The translations under genes and the position numbers were made by a program. Shown one piece after another: positions 41,707-53,072 of a DNA stretch of 64,000 nucleotides; the stretch's first letter is position 1; every line of letters starts with the position of its first letter. The notes beneath the pieces were generated by a model, which had not been told where the DNA came from, made no database searches, and saw only the letters and a list, made by a program, of their open reading frames with translations. Source of the stretch: Perkinsela sp. CCAP 1560/9 (taxonomy: Eukaryota; Protista; Euglenozoa: Kinetoplastea); assembly GCA_965644495.1 (NCBI GenBank), contig CBFFSA010000001.1, forward strand, positions 930,001-994,000, written 5' to 3'.

Positions 41707-42391
41707 TGGCACACAGAGGACTAGACTTACTGGCTACTGCACTACTGAAACTGTCTAACGGATAGCATCAAACATGCTATCTATCTATCGGATGTCCTAT
41801 TGGTGCGATGCTGTCCGGATGATTTCTGCTTTAGATATCAGCAGCACTCATTGGAATTCCGCTGGTTTCTTTGTACATCATCGTGGTTCTTCGTGAGTTT
41901 GGCATCTTGTGAACACGTCTGGTGTTCGGCAAAAACATTCGACGTCTGGTACTAAAAGTGTTGTCTGCCTTTGAAAAGCTGAACAAGAGAAACTGAACGA
42001 ATTCTCCGGTGCTGCACGTTTAGTGCAAGTTCAAGTGTATGATTGAGTGATGAAATTTGTAGAACAAGTGCTTTGTGGAACATTCAATGGGCATCATTGT
42101 AGTGTTGATTTCTTGAAGTTTGAAACCTTTTCGTTTTGGTTTTTTAACTATTTAGAGAGTATTTTTTGGAGAAAACAAAGTGATACCACCTCTTGACAAA
42201 ACAGAATTGCTTCTTTCCTTCTAAGCACGTTGATTTGGGCCATTGCTCCATTCAAGAGTACCCGGAACCAAATTCTTAACTTATTCTTCAATGTTTCTAC
42301 AAGAATAAAGAGACGTGCATTGGCACATAAACCAATTTATTTATGTAACTTAAAAGAGACAGTAAGTTTTTTCACCCAAGTCTGACACTCC

Positions 42392-43795
42392 ATGCAGCAG
42401 TCCACCGCCTTACTCTGGTGGTGTGCGGCTCTTAATGGGCTCGGCGGACTCATTTTTGGCTACACGTACATCGGGCTCAGCACCGCTCTAACGATCTTAC
42501 ACCCCTGCCTTCTCACGTTGGTCCCAGAGAAGGACCACGCCTGGGACATTGCCGTTGTAATCTCCAGCGTCTCCTTCGGGGGGATATTAGGTTCCGGAGG
42601 GGTTGGAGTGCTCGTCCCGCGGCTTGGTTCCATTGGAACGCTTCGTGTGGGTTCTCTTTGCGGCCTGGGTTGTGTTTTAGCTTTAGTGAGCCCTCACTAC
42701 GCCGTCCAATTTCTTGCCCGATTTCTTACAGGAGTGGGAATCGGGGCGGTCAGTTCCGTAGGGCCTGCCTTTGTAGTGGAGCACTCCCGCCCAGAGCACC
42801 GGGGCAAACTTGGGGGACTGTTTCAGCTCACCCTCTCGCTCGGTATTTTTCTTGCCTCAGTGGTTTCCTATGCCGTGCTTTCGGAGTACCGAGACCAGGG
42901 CGTGGATGAGGTCTATCTCCGCCGACCCTTTCCCAACGAGGAGGGTGATCGCGCACTTATGCTGCTCCTTCGTCAGTCGATGATAATACCGGTGGTTTTT
43001 GCCGCTCTTTTGGTTATTCTAGTGTGGATTCCTTTGAGTAAGCTGACCGATTCCGGGGCGGAATCTACCGAACCGCCTGTGACGGTGGTCGATAAAGCTT
43101 CACCAACTACCCAGGAAGCGAGATGCGCTCTTCCGAAATCGAGTTCCATCTTTTCCTACCCACGAGCTATGGCACTGTCGATCACAGGTGCCGTGGCGTT
43201 GCAACTCACAGGGGTCAACGCCATTATGTTTTACTGCGGAAAATTCATGGAGGCTGCAGATATCTCACAGCGAGCGCTAGGAACTGTGATCGTCATGGCC
43301 ATCACTTTTGTTGCCACCGCAATTGCCTTGGGTTACGCCGACCGCGTGGGGCGACGCTGCATGCTGATACCGTCGCTAGCCATAATGTCACTCTCCATGA
43401 TGTGTCTTTCTTTAGTCTCTCGTTTTTGCGCAGAGGGTGCGGTGAAGACTGCGTTTGCATTTATTCTTCTTGCACTTTATTTGTTGGCCTTCGAGTTTGG
43501 ACCTGGGATTCATTTCTGGATTGTGTGTAATGAGGTACTCCCTTCTTCAATCGCGCAACAAGGATTTTCAGTGGTAAACATTGCTCAGTGGCTATTTCTT
43601 ATCCTAGTCACACTCTTTTTTCCTCCCCTGAATGAGCTTATGGGACCCTGGGTGTTCTGGTTATTTGCGGGCATTGGTGTCGCGTGTACTGTTTTTTTCT
43701 ATTTATGCCTTCCCGAAACTCGACACAAATCTAAGGAAGAGATATCTGAAGCTCTGCAAACCACTAATTGGGTGCTTCGAAATCCGAAGCAGTAG
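42392..43795 (+). CDS. MFS sugar porter (hexose transporter family)
   Basis: GGLIFGY, RFLTGVGIG, EHSRPEHRGKLG, QLTGVNAIMFY, DRVGRR, LPET. Confidence 0.92.
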   Translation: MQQSTALLWWCAALNGLGGLIFGYTYIGLSTALTILHPCLLTLVPEKDHAWDIAVVISSVSFGGILGSGGVGVLVPRLGSIGTLRVGSLCGLGCVLALVSPHYAVQFLARFLTGVGIGAVSSVGPAFVVEHSRPEHRGKLGGLFQLTLSLGIFLASVVSYAVLSEYRDQGVDEVYLRRPFPNEEGDRALMLLLRQSMIIPVVFAALLVILVWIPLSKLTDSGAESTEPPVTVVDKASPTTQEARCALPKSSSIFSYPRAMALSITGAVALQLTGVNAIMFYCGKFMEAADISQRALGTVIVMAITFVATAIALGYADRVGRRCMLIPSLAIMSLSMMCLSLVSRFCAEGAVKTAFAFILLALYLLAFEFGPGIHFWIVCNEVLPSSIAQQGFSVVNIAQWLFLILVTLFFPPLNELMGPWVFWLFAGIGVACTVFFYLCLPETRHKSKEEISEALQTTNWVLRNPKQ

Positions 43796-44228
43796 CTTTA
43801 CGTAATCTTTTTTCGAGATGACATTCCACTTACTTTTTCTACAACAAACATCTTAGTAATTTCTTAACAGTATACTAGTAGTTGGGCTTATGTGCGCTAT
43901 GAGTAGATCAGGATTATGTACGTGTGTGTAGCTATGCGTCACCGGTTGTCGACATCACTCTTATGATACATTATGGGCAGTAAATTGATTTCTGTATCCT
44001 GTTCACTTTACCGTAATTGATATTTCTAACTCTGGAAAGTCTGACGTTACCTGCAGTGTTATTTGAAATAACTTATTTCTACAACGAAAACGTTACAATA
44101 TAATCTTCGTATGGAGAAAGGATCTTCATTGGACATTTTTTAAACTAAGCGGCGTGGTGATTCAATTTTCGGAGTTAAAACTGTTTTCCCTTTTAAGTTA
44201 AATCTGTTCGCCTGATAATCCTTTTTAA

Positions 44229-45122
44229 ATGAAAAGGTACTTGGCTCTTTCCTTATTTTTTCGACAGCTCAACATGTCAGAGCTTCCCGAACAACGTTTG
44301 AGTAAGGAAAATGGTGGGTCACTAATCCATGGTATGCCAAAAAATGTGCAGCAAAGCCGCCTTGGTAAAGTTAACCGCCTTGCGTTTCCGCAGGAATTTC
44401 AGCTCACTCGTTTTGTTGAAAACATTGAGAATAGAGACCCGTATTGGAATATTTCGACGCCGGCTTGTAAATGGAGTGGAATTATTTGCAATGAAGATGA
44501 ACAAATTATCGAGATCAAATGGCTGAAGGAAGTGATATTACGGGAGCTTTCAGGGTCCCTGCAATGGGATTTTTTTCCTACGACGATACACACTTTCACC
44601 GCCATAGGGCAGACAATTTGGGGAACGGTTCAGTTTAATACATTACCTTCATCAATGCTGAGCTTCACTTCATTACACAGTCGGTTTTATGGTTCCTTAA
44701 ATATATGTGATTTGCCTAGGAAGCTGACGAAACTAGAAGTAGGAGACAACGATTTTGATGGGAATATAAATCTTAGCGACCTCCCACCCAGCATGACGTA
44801 TTTTTCCGCTTGGGGTAATAAACTTTCCGGAAAAGCGAATCTCGCTAACTTACCTTTTGCTATGAAGTTTTTGATTTTGGCCAACAATAACTTTGATGGA
44901 ACTCCTGAGTTACGATATTTACCTGAATCACTTGAAGAACTTGTTTTACTAAATAATGATTTTTCTGGTGTAGTTCATCTTCATCATCTACCAAAAAAGT
45001 TGAAATTACTGAACTTGGAATATAACCCCTATCTAGGCGGTGAATTTGATGAATCGCTGCTTCCTGACTCTTTACAAACTTTTGTTTATGATGAAACGGA
45101 AATCACTTCGATGTCAAAGTAA
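44229..45122 (+). CDS. Leucine-rich repeat protein (same family as 4531 and 61793)
   Basis: PQEFQLTRFVENI...WNISTPACKWSGIIC cap plus LRRs; alternative start 44274. Confidence 0.9.
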   Translation: MKRYLALSLFFRQLNMSELPEQRLSKENGGSLIHGMPKNVQQSRLGKVNRLAFPQEFQLTRFVENIENRDPYWNISTPACKWSGIICNEDEQIIEIKWLKEVILRELSGSLQWDFFPTTIHTFTAIGQTIWGTVQFNTLPSSMLSFTSLHSRFYGSLNICDLPRKLTKLEVGDNDFDGNINLSDLPPSMTYFSAWGNKLSGKANLANLPFAMKFLILANNNFDGTPELRYLPESLEELVLLNNDFSGVVHLHHLPKKLKLLNLEYNPYLGGEFDESLLPDSLQTFVYDETEITSMSK

Positions 45123-45439
45123 TATACATGTACGTAACCTTTTGAGTGATTAAGGAGCACCTTGAGGTACTGCCACTTACGGATGTCAATGTGATTATGT
45201 CGTATCTTCATGGAGTATTTTTATTGCTTTTATTGCTTCCCCAGCTTTATTATTATTCACTCTCAGCTTCTCTAGTATATTCTTAATAATACACAACTTT
45301 ACAATACACAACATTGTACAATGCTATTATTTACAATGCTAATATTACAAATTTTCCGAACATTGTTAAATACTTCATAGCTAAAAAAATCCATCTTGTG
45401 TGCCTAAATTTCACACATTGTGTGTCTGACATACAGCAC

Positions 45440-46465
45440 ATGCGTCAAAATACTCAAATGCTATTGATTTCAGCATTTCGGTCTGTACCACATAGCTCTA
45501 CCAGAATATCACACGGGGAAGAAAATATTGCGCATTCGATTATCACTTCCTCACACGAGGAAGATGATATGGTGTATTCAATTTACCATTCTCATTATTC
45601 CGGTGGGGGTAATGCAACTGGACAGGACTCGCCAGGTTTTCGCTTTGCCCATCAAGAATTCAACTGGATTAAGGACTACGTCTTTAAACGTTATCCTACA
45701 TGTCAAAAGGAGAAGGTAGCACACAGATTGATACGAGAATGTGTTTGTCAACGAGTGGAGGAGCATAGACCACTACAATATATTTTAGGCTCTCAACCTT
45801 TTTTCGGGATTCCTATTATTTGTCGCCCTCCAGTTTTTATTCCACGTTCTGAAACGGAGCAATGGGTTGAATGGTTCTACGAAACTCATTTACGATCTCT
45901 GCACGAGGTACCGCTTTGCCTTTTAGATCTTTGCACTGGTTCGGGATGTGTTGGGCTATCCCTTGCAAAAAAGTCACCCAGTTGGAAAGTTACGTGTGTT
46001 GAACAATCAAATGAAGCTATCTCGCTAGCCAATGAAAATATGCGAACCTGTAACGCCGCAAATGCGAACATTCTTCAAGGGGATATGTTCCAAGCCCTGG
46101 AAATAAACAATGTTCCATTACATAGCTTTGATTGTATCTTGTCTAATCCTCCGTATATAACACCGGAAGAATATCAGGACTTACCACCTGTTGTAAGATT
46201 GCATGAAGATTGTCGGAGTCTTGTTGGAACAAAAAAGACAAGTGTAAATGGAAGTCTCAATCCTTTACTTTATTACAGCGAAATTGCATCGCAAAGTAGA
46301 CGTTGGTTAAAACCACTTAGACCGCGAGGTATGCCGGATTTTGTTGTGGAAATTGGGACTCAGGCACAAAGCGTAGAGACTATATGCAGAGACAATAAGC
46401 ACGAAAGTGTATACGTGCATAATGATTATTCGGGTAGACCGCGATGGATCGTAGTACATTCATAA
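45440..46465 (+). CDS. HemK/PrmC release-factor glutamine methyltransferase (MTQ1-like)
   Basis: PLQYILGSQPF, FIPRSETE, LDLCTGSGC, SNPPY. Confidence 0.9.
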   Translation: MRQNTQMLLISAFRSVPHSSTRISHGEENIAHSIITSSHEEDDMVYSIYHSHYSGGGNATGQDSPGFRFAHQEFNWIKDYVFKRYPTCQKEKVAHRLIRECVCQRVEEHRPLQYILGSQPFFGIPIICRPPVFIPRSETEQWVEWFYETHLRSLHEVPLCLLDLCTGSGCVGLSLAKKSPSWKVTCVEQSNEAISLANENMRTCNAANANILQGDMFQALEINNVPLHSFDCILSNPPYITPEEYQDLPPVVRLHEDCRSLVGTKKTSVNGSLNPLLYYSEIASQSRRWLKPLRPRGMPDFVVEIGTQAQSVETICRDNKHESVYVHNDYSGRPRWIVVHS

Positions 46466-46803
46466 ATTCGCAAATATGTTCACTACCGAGGTTACGCACG
46501 ACCTCCATCTGTTTTACTCCAAATTCTTGGTCTCATCGGTGTGAGATACGAAGACAACGGGTTGCAACTGGGTCATTTCTCCACATTTGATTCCTTCCTT
46601 AGCATTTTACTCCTGGGCAAGGGATTTCGTCTCTTATACCCCCATGCGAAAATAATGCAACATACATTAAATTTGCGCCTGTGTACTTCCTTTGTTTCAA
46701 TCTACATGTACACATTCCAGGAAAAAACTTTTTTTCAAAAGTTTTTTGAGTTGAGGGTGCAATAGTGGATGTAAAGTTTCTACATATTGCCCCCCACTTA
46801 AAC

Positions 46804-48396
46804 CATACCTTCCGGGCTAAATTAGCCACTTACACAATGAGCGTGTAAGTGGGATCTTACACGCGTGTAAGTTAGCCACTTACACACTTTACAGAGAGTA
46901 TCAAATATTCTTTGTCCACCTTTTGGTTTTTTGAACCAATGACGTTTTTGGTCGGCGCGCGTACCGTCAATGAGATGGTAGTGCCAGGTAAGTCCGAGAG
47001 CTTTCGGAGAAGGCAGCTTTACAGAAACAATATCTTTATCTTTTTTCGTTTGAGTAGTTTTCCTACTCTTATCCCCCTGTATACACAGGGGTAGTATAGG
47101 TTTATAAAATATGTAAATAATTTCCCATTTTTTACAATGGGAAAAACAGAAGAACGGACGGAAAAACCCACGTAAAATGAGAAAACAAAAGTATACTTTA
47201 TCGTAATTAGCATCTGAGGATATAAAAATGCTTAAATTCAAAACATTACATACAAATATAACGAATATGTTTTTTGGTGTACACCCCCTAGGCCCACCGG
47301 AAGCCTATCCTCCCCCCCGCCCTATCTTATCTTGAAATATATTATCTTGAAATTTTAATTTTCAAAACATACAATGAAATATACGACGCATTGTAGAACC
47401 ATTTAAAGTTACGAATCAATAATATTATCGGTTTCAACTTCAGAATGCGAACTCTCAGATGTGCACGTGTTATCTTCAGTATAGTAGCTACTGGTTTCTC
47501 CCTTTTGCGTATTGCACTGCTCAATAGGTTTTATCGACTTATCCAAATAAGGTAAATATGACATGTTTCCTCGTAAAAACATTTGATTTCCGACTGTACA
47601 TGTTCCAATAATGGCTTGTCGACTACTGTACTTGTTACTTAACACTGAAAGCCACGAATCGCATTGCGTTACTACAGAAGGAAGCCAAATCCAATGTTTC
47701 GCTGCCCGATACACTTCCGGAAACATTGTTCGCCCGATGTCCTCCCACCACACGTGCTCGTTCGTGTGCTTGACGGGGCTTATGTGATAATTAGCGGCGG
47801 TAACAAAAGCATTCCAAGCAATCTCAGTAATACAAATTGGTGGAGGATAGCAAACACGGTAAAACCTTTCTAGTAAAGACGCTCACAGAATCAATATTTT
47901 CTTAATTTATCGATTCTTCAGGCCCTTTACATTCGACGCGATGTTTGTAATATACATTGTTGGGGGGGGAATGCGAGAAGAACGAACAATGTTTACATTG
48001 AAAGTGTGCTCTGTTCCCGAAACTATTCCTGAGGACCTCATCAGTATTGCGCTGAGCATAGGCCTTGCATTTTTCATTGCTGGAGCTGTCAGGAGATCCA
48101 CAACATTGTTCAAGCTTGAAATGTTCAGGAGACTCATTCTCCTCCGTTGGCTGTGAATTCGTCTGTGTGTGTCCGCGTCTGCTTACGCGAGATCGCTTTC
48201 CCATAAAGCAAAAAGAGAAATGAAAGTCAGGAAAGAATGTAATCATATGAAACACTATATTAAATTTGACTAGTTTCGTTTGGTAAGTACATATAATTAT
48301 TTTTTTGCTGTACACCTGTTACGAAACGGGTTACCAAAAAAGTGTGTAAGTGGCTAACTTACACGTGTACGTACACACATACACGCGGAAGGTATG
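46804..48396 (-). mobile_element. hAT-like element, internally deleted
   Basis: 11-bp TIR CATACCTTCCG; 6-bp direct repeat TTAAAC (46798-803, 48397-402); subterminal TTAGCCACTTACAC repeats at both ends. Confidence 0.85.
47409..48204 (-). pseudogene. hAT transposase remnants (BED-like finger and C-terminal dimerisation domain)
   Basis: FQCKHC...KHRVEC; WWEDIGRTMFPEVYRAAKHWIWLPSVVTQCDSWLS resembles hAT WW...FP.L...A...L..P.SS...ER.FS. Confidence 0.7.
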
Positions 48397-48578
48397 TTAA
48401 ACGCAACCCGGTTTTGGCTTAATATTACGCATAAGTAGCCGAGTCAAGAAAATCTTAAGTGGGAAATTGATTTTTTACAAAATCAAAAAAAAATCGCCCC
48501 GTTTCATTTTCTTGCACTGCGTCAAACGTTGCGTTGCGCATAAGTGCTGCAGGATTATTAATAATTAGTTCGGTAATA

Positions 48579-48775
48579 ATTTTGGCTCAAATCCTTCCTT
48601 TTTCTCCAGCTTTCCTGGCCAATTTTTTTAGACTCTTCGTTAAACGCGGTGGTTGTTAAACTTAGAAGTCACTCATGCTGCGCGCTTCGCGTTGAAAACT
48701 ACCACCGCGTTTAACGAAGAGACTAAAAAAATTAGCCAGGAAAGCTGGAGAAAAAGGAAGGATTTGAGCCAAAAT
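48579..48775. repeat. Fold-back inverted repeat, ~75-bp arms, ~46-nt spacer
   Basis: ATTTTGGCTCAAATCCTTCC...CGTTAAACGCGGTGGT / ACCACCGCGTTTAACG...GATTTGAGCCAAAAT, with only a couple of mismatches. Confidence 0.92.
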
Positions 48776-50177
48776 AGCCGATTTTTAGGTGAAAACGGGG
48801 TGATTTTTGGGTATTTTTGCTCTCCGAGCACTAAATTCGACTTTTGCGTGTGGGAAATCACACGTAGGCATGCGTTCAAGGGTACGGAACGTATTCTGTA
48901 GAGAATGCGACTCCAACCATACCACTCTTTCGACACAAAAAGGCCCCCTTTGGGTCCGAAACTTACTTTTTCGCATTTTTTAGTCAAAAATGGGTCATTT
49001 TGGGAAGCATACCACGGCTACAAGAAGGGATACCTTGCGAAACCAACGGTGCGGAAGGCTAGTATCGATCCTAAACTATCAAAATACAATAGGGCAAAGG
49101 ATTTTGAAAAAAATATTTTTTTCGCCATTTTTTTCGCCAACTCGATTGTTTTTTCAAAAAAAAATCTTTTCCGAAAAAATCCGAACTTGGCGGACCCGTC
49201 CTGCGGATACGCGGGGGGGTCACCCCCGGGTAGGGGGGTGGAAAATACGCGCCAAGATCCCGGCTACCCCTTCTGCGCTTTTTTTTTGAAAAATAATTTT
49301 TTCAAAAAAAATTGCTCGACCATGACCCCTACTGGACCCCCCCCCTAGACCCCCCATTTTTTTCAATTTTTTCAATTTTGGACCACCGGAGCCCACTTTT
49401 ATATTTTTTTCTTCTATTATATTGCTGTGCTTCTCTTTAAATTTTCACTGTTTTTGTTCACTTTTTTTCAATAATCGGGGGTAGAGCGGTAGTTAAACAA
49501 CCACCGCAATTACTATTAATAGATTATTAATAAATTATTATTGGGCTTTTATACTCAGATTTCTCCCCCTTAATTTTGTATCAAACAATATTTTCATGCC
49601 GAAAAGGAGCATTGATGGGGATCTCCTTATGGAGTCGATGCTAATGCTTCGAGCATCACTATATGCACCTCAACCTACGCGGGAAGTAGGAGCCTGCGCC
49701 TGACGCAGGTAAATGTGCTGTACCAACAACAACTCCTTGTGGAGTGCTGATATCGAGGGCCGGGAAATATCAAACTCTGTATTTGTATGATGTGTTGCAA
49801 CGAAAATGAGCTTTCTGGATCTCGCAGTCTTCCCTGGTGCTGCCATCATACTGCTGCAAATGACGCCGACCATATGTCTACATGCGAGGGGCTCCCCATG
49901 TGTCACTCGCAGCCCCTCGCGTAAATGCATACTGAACTATTGATAATACTAATAATTTGCTTTTTTTAATAATAATTATTATTAATAAATATTATTACAA
50001 TAATTATTATTGTAGCTACGATAAGTCGTAGGGTCAAACGGTTGCGTGTAAGGGAGGGGACAGTAGCATTTTCCCCTGATGGCTGCAAATAGAACGGTCG
50101 CGAAATCTGTTCCTAAACGTTGTGCTTAAAACTATTCTCTGGGTCAAAAATTGACATTGATACTTCATATTTTTTCT

Positions 50178-50849
50178 ATGCCAGTCAAAGTAGAGAAGCT
50201 TCGAGGTTATTTCCAGTCGGCGGCGGACAATCAAGAAATTGGACGAAGAAAAATTATGACTTTGTGTTATGAAATATTGGCTTTGCCTGCTATGCAAAAA
50301 GTTTGCACGCACTCAGCAGGGTTGCCCAATAAGGAGACGACTTTAGGCACTACGAAGAGTTCAACAAAGACTCCAAGACAGTCACCCAGTAAGGATACAA
50401 TTTTAAACGCTCCAAAGAAATCAATAAATAATACAAAAGTCGGAAATCGGAATAACAAGAGAAATATGGAGAAAGGTAGCGAAGTAAGGCACGGTGATAT
50501 CGCTTCACAGCGCAGCACTGCAAGAAATGTATCTGAAATCAACATCAAATCTTCTCGTGGAAAAATATCCGAGAAATACGCGAATTCAGAGTTTGTAGCT
50601 GTACGAGAAGAAGGAACCGAAAGACATCTTTATCTTAAGACAGCGTATAGAGTAAAAATTGGATCAGAATACTATACTCAGAGATCTGGAAAATTGCGAC
50701 TGGTAAAGGTGGTATCCATAGGATGGAGCAGAAATAAGAAAGAAAAACTTTCCTCTGAGGCAAGCGTTGAAGTGTCACACAATAACGTCACCTTTAGGAC
50801 TGCAAGAGGTGCGCTTTATGAAACCGACTTTTTTGAAGAAAAATCCTAG
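50178..50849 (+). CDS. Hypothetical basic protein
   Basis: 224-codon ORF from ATG 50178; small beta-rich C-terminal region. Confidence 0.55.
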   Translation: MPVKVEKLRGYFQSAADNQEIGRRKIMTLCYEILALPAMQKVCTHSAGLPNKETTLGTTKSSTKTPRQSPSKDTILNAPKKSINNTKVGNRNNKRNMEKGSEVRHGDIASQRSTARNVSEINIKSSRGKISEKYANSEFVAVREEGTERHLYLKTAYRVKIGSEYYTQRSGKLRLVKVVSIGWSRNKKEKLSSEASVEVSHNNVTFRTARGALYETDFFEEKS

Positions 50850-51150
50850 AAAATTTCCTTGTACTTTATCATTTCTTGTACGTGCTTGTAAATATTTCTG
50901 CTATAGATTTCTTTTTTTTGTTAAAAATTTTAATGTTACGATTCTGCTATAGTACTCTCCCATTTGCTACACAGGGATATTTCAGGCTAGGTATTTCGAA
51001 TTGTGGACGAAGTTTTTTAATCCATTTTTCAATGAGGAAAAATAATTTCCTCAAAATCGTGTACGTTGATCAAACCTCATGCCACTCTATAAATTCATAG
51101 TCATACTTTTCTTTCTAGGAAAGTATTGGGTTTCTTTGTGTTTTCGGCGC

Positions 51151-51936
51151 ATGAATATTGCCATTACAGGAGATGAGGTTGGGAACACCTCCGAAAGCCT
51201 TCGCGGGTACAACACCTACACCTCAGGGGAGCGGATACTCTCTTGCGTTTGTGGCACCGTGGAGGCCATCGATCGCGTTGTCTCGGTACGCGCTCCCTCA
51301 TCCCGGTATCTTGGGGAGACCGGAGATGTGATTGTGGGACGTGTGAAGGAAATTAGTGGTACCCGGTGGAAAGTCCACGTCGGGTCACACCAGGACGCGT
51401 TCATGCTGCTCTCCAATGTCACGGAACCCGGCGGGGTGCTCCGTCGTCGGGGCCGAGAGGATGAGTTGCAGATGCGGAACATCTTTGCAGAGGGAGATGT
51501 GGTGGCGTGCGAGGTACAGCGTGTGCTCCCCGACGGCACAATCTCGTTGCACACGCGCAGTGGGGAGAAGTATGGACGCATGAGTGACGGGTTCTTGCTT
51601 ACCGTACGCCCACAGCTGATTCCTCGTACCCGAAAGCATTTCCATTCTTTAAGTTGTGCTCCTGAGATTCGACTTGTGGTCGGGGTCAACGGGTTTATTT
51701 GGCTAAGCAGTCGAGGAGGTCCAGACACTCGTATTGAGCTGGCTCGGACACACAATGCCATTACTCTGCTTCAGCGAGCCGGTCGAATGTTACACATAAA
51801 TGTTGTAGACAGCATTGTGAGTAAGGCGAAGGAACTCAACGTGTTTCCTTGGGATATGCAAAGTGCTGAAAACATGAAAACATTATTGCTTGCCAAAGTG
51901 TCTTCTGTGTCAGATGAAGACATGGTGGTAGAGTAG
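51151..51936 (+). CDS. RRP4: Exosome subunit Rrp4 (S1 + KH)
   Basis: RYLGETGDVIVGRV, RWKVHVG, PGGVLRRR..DELQMR..F.EGD, ISLHTRS..KYG, GVNGFIW. Confidence 0.93.
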   Translation: MNIAITGDEVGNTSESLRGYNTYTSGERILSCVCGTVEAIDRVVSVRAPSSRYLGETGDVIVGRVKEISGTRWKVHVGSHQDAFMLLSNVTEPGGVLRRRGREDELQMRNIFAEGDVVACEVQRVLPDGTISLHTRSGEKYGRMSDGFLLTVRPQLIPRTRKHFHSLSCAPEIRLVVGVNGFIWLSSRGGPDTRIELARTHNAITLLQRAGRMLHINVVDSIVSKAKELNVFPWDMQSAENMKTLLLAKVSSVSDEDMVVE

Positions 51937-52195
51937 TTGATCGGTACATACATGTATGTTAATGAGTAGTGGTAGGTGCACGAACGCAGTTATTTTTTTC
52001 GCTATTCGGAGGGATATTTTACATCACTCATTTTACATGTCTCGTGTCGTGTAGGAGTAAAAATTCCCTTCTTATTTTCAGGGCGTACAGAATGCAATTC
52101 ATTACTTTTACTAACGTTTGTATTGTTTTCAAAATACTTTCACGAAACAAAACTTTCACGTTTATCCAAACAAGCATAAATAGTATAAATACAAT

Positions 52196-52795
52196 ATGGA
52201 CAATTCGGAGCACGGTCGATCCACCCTCACTCTTGAACGCGACAATTTTGGTCAAATTCTTGCTGTGGACCTTGATGCACTTCGGAACTTCTTTAGCGTT
52301 GCGGATGAGCGCATTCACAGCCCTAAACCCCTTATTCCCCCCAACTGCTTCGTCTCCATGTTTACGAACAATGACACTTTGTTACACCGGGTCGTCGCTG
52401 GTCGGCCAAGTTACTATGCATTGCTACAAAGACAAAATATAGAAATTGACTCAACGCCATCTCGCCGTGGAGATGCTCATCTTGTTGGCATGACATATGA
52501 AATTGGGCAGTACAACGAGCAGTTGCCTCCAAGTGTGCCGATCACCATTTTGGCCCCCGCAGGAGCCATGATGGAAATTGTAGACCGTCTTTCTCAAGAA
52601 CGGGACGTTTCTCATATTGTGGTTAGTGGTGATCCCACAGACACAGCATGGGCAGAAAGACTAAAAGCTCGACTTTGGGAGAATGTCGACTTGCCAACGA
52701 TACGGTCTATGTTTTCACTCCCTTTTGAACGCATGAACGACGATTCAACTACAGGGACGAACATGCAATCAGAGAGAGGATTAGTTGAGTTCTAG
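52196..52795 (+). CDS. Hypothetical protein
   Basis: 199-aa ATG ORF on the cluster strand. Confidence 0.6.
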   Translation: MDNSEHGRSTLTLERDNFGQILAVDLDALRNFFSVADERIHSPKPLIPPNCFVSMFTNNDTLLHRVVAGRPSYYALLQRQNIEIDSTPSRRGDAHLVGMTYEIGQYNEQLPPSVPITILAPAGAMMEIVDRLSQERDVSHIVVSGDPTDTAWAERLKARLWENVDLPTIRSMFSLPFERMNDDSTTGTNMQSERGLVEF

Positions 52796-53072
52796 TCAGT
52801 AAAATTTGGACATAAGATGGTATTCTTAATCCGAATGTAGAATGATACATAAATGCTACTCGTTGCATGATCCAGATTTGTACGTAAACAAAATAGTATG
52901 AATTAAAAAGTATACGGCAATGAGTCGTCCATTGTGATACTCTCTTGGTACAAGACATTTTTGATGACTCTATTGTATAAAAATATTCTTCAAGCGCTGC
53001 ATAGCGTTCCTCTGAAGTCATCCTTTTCATCTGTCTCCTAGTGTTTTCTTGAATGATGAAATACCCTTCACC

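Larger units (their letters stand above)
46787..50063. mobile_element. TA-flanked non-autonomous element (pogo/Tigger-like termini) hosting further insertions
   Basis: Left end (with hAT removed) TA|TTGCCCCCCACTTAAACGCAACC; right end reverse-complement TA|CTGTCCCCTCCCTTACACGCAACC; homologous terminus at 10154. Confidence 0.6.

Noticed and set aside
41710-42390. Possible C/D snoRNA cluster (GTGATGA at about 42046)
   Set aside because: No convincing D box or terminal stem at a suitable distance
48397-48420. piggyBac end suggested by TTAA
   Set aside because: The TTAA is part of the hAT 6-bp TSD inside the host element's TIR
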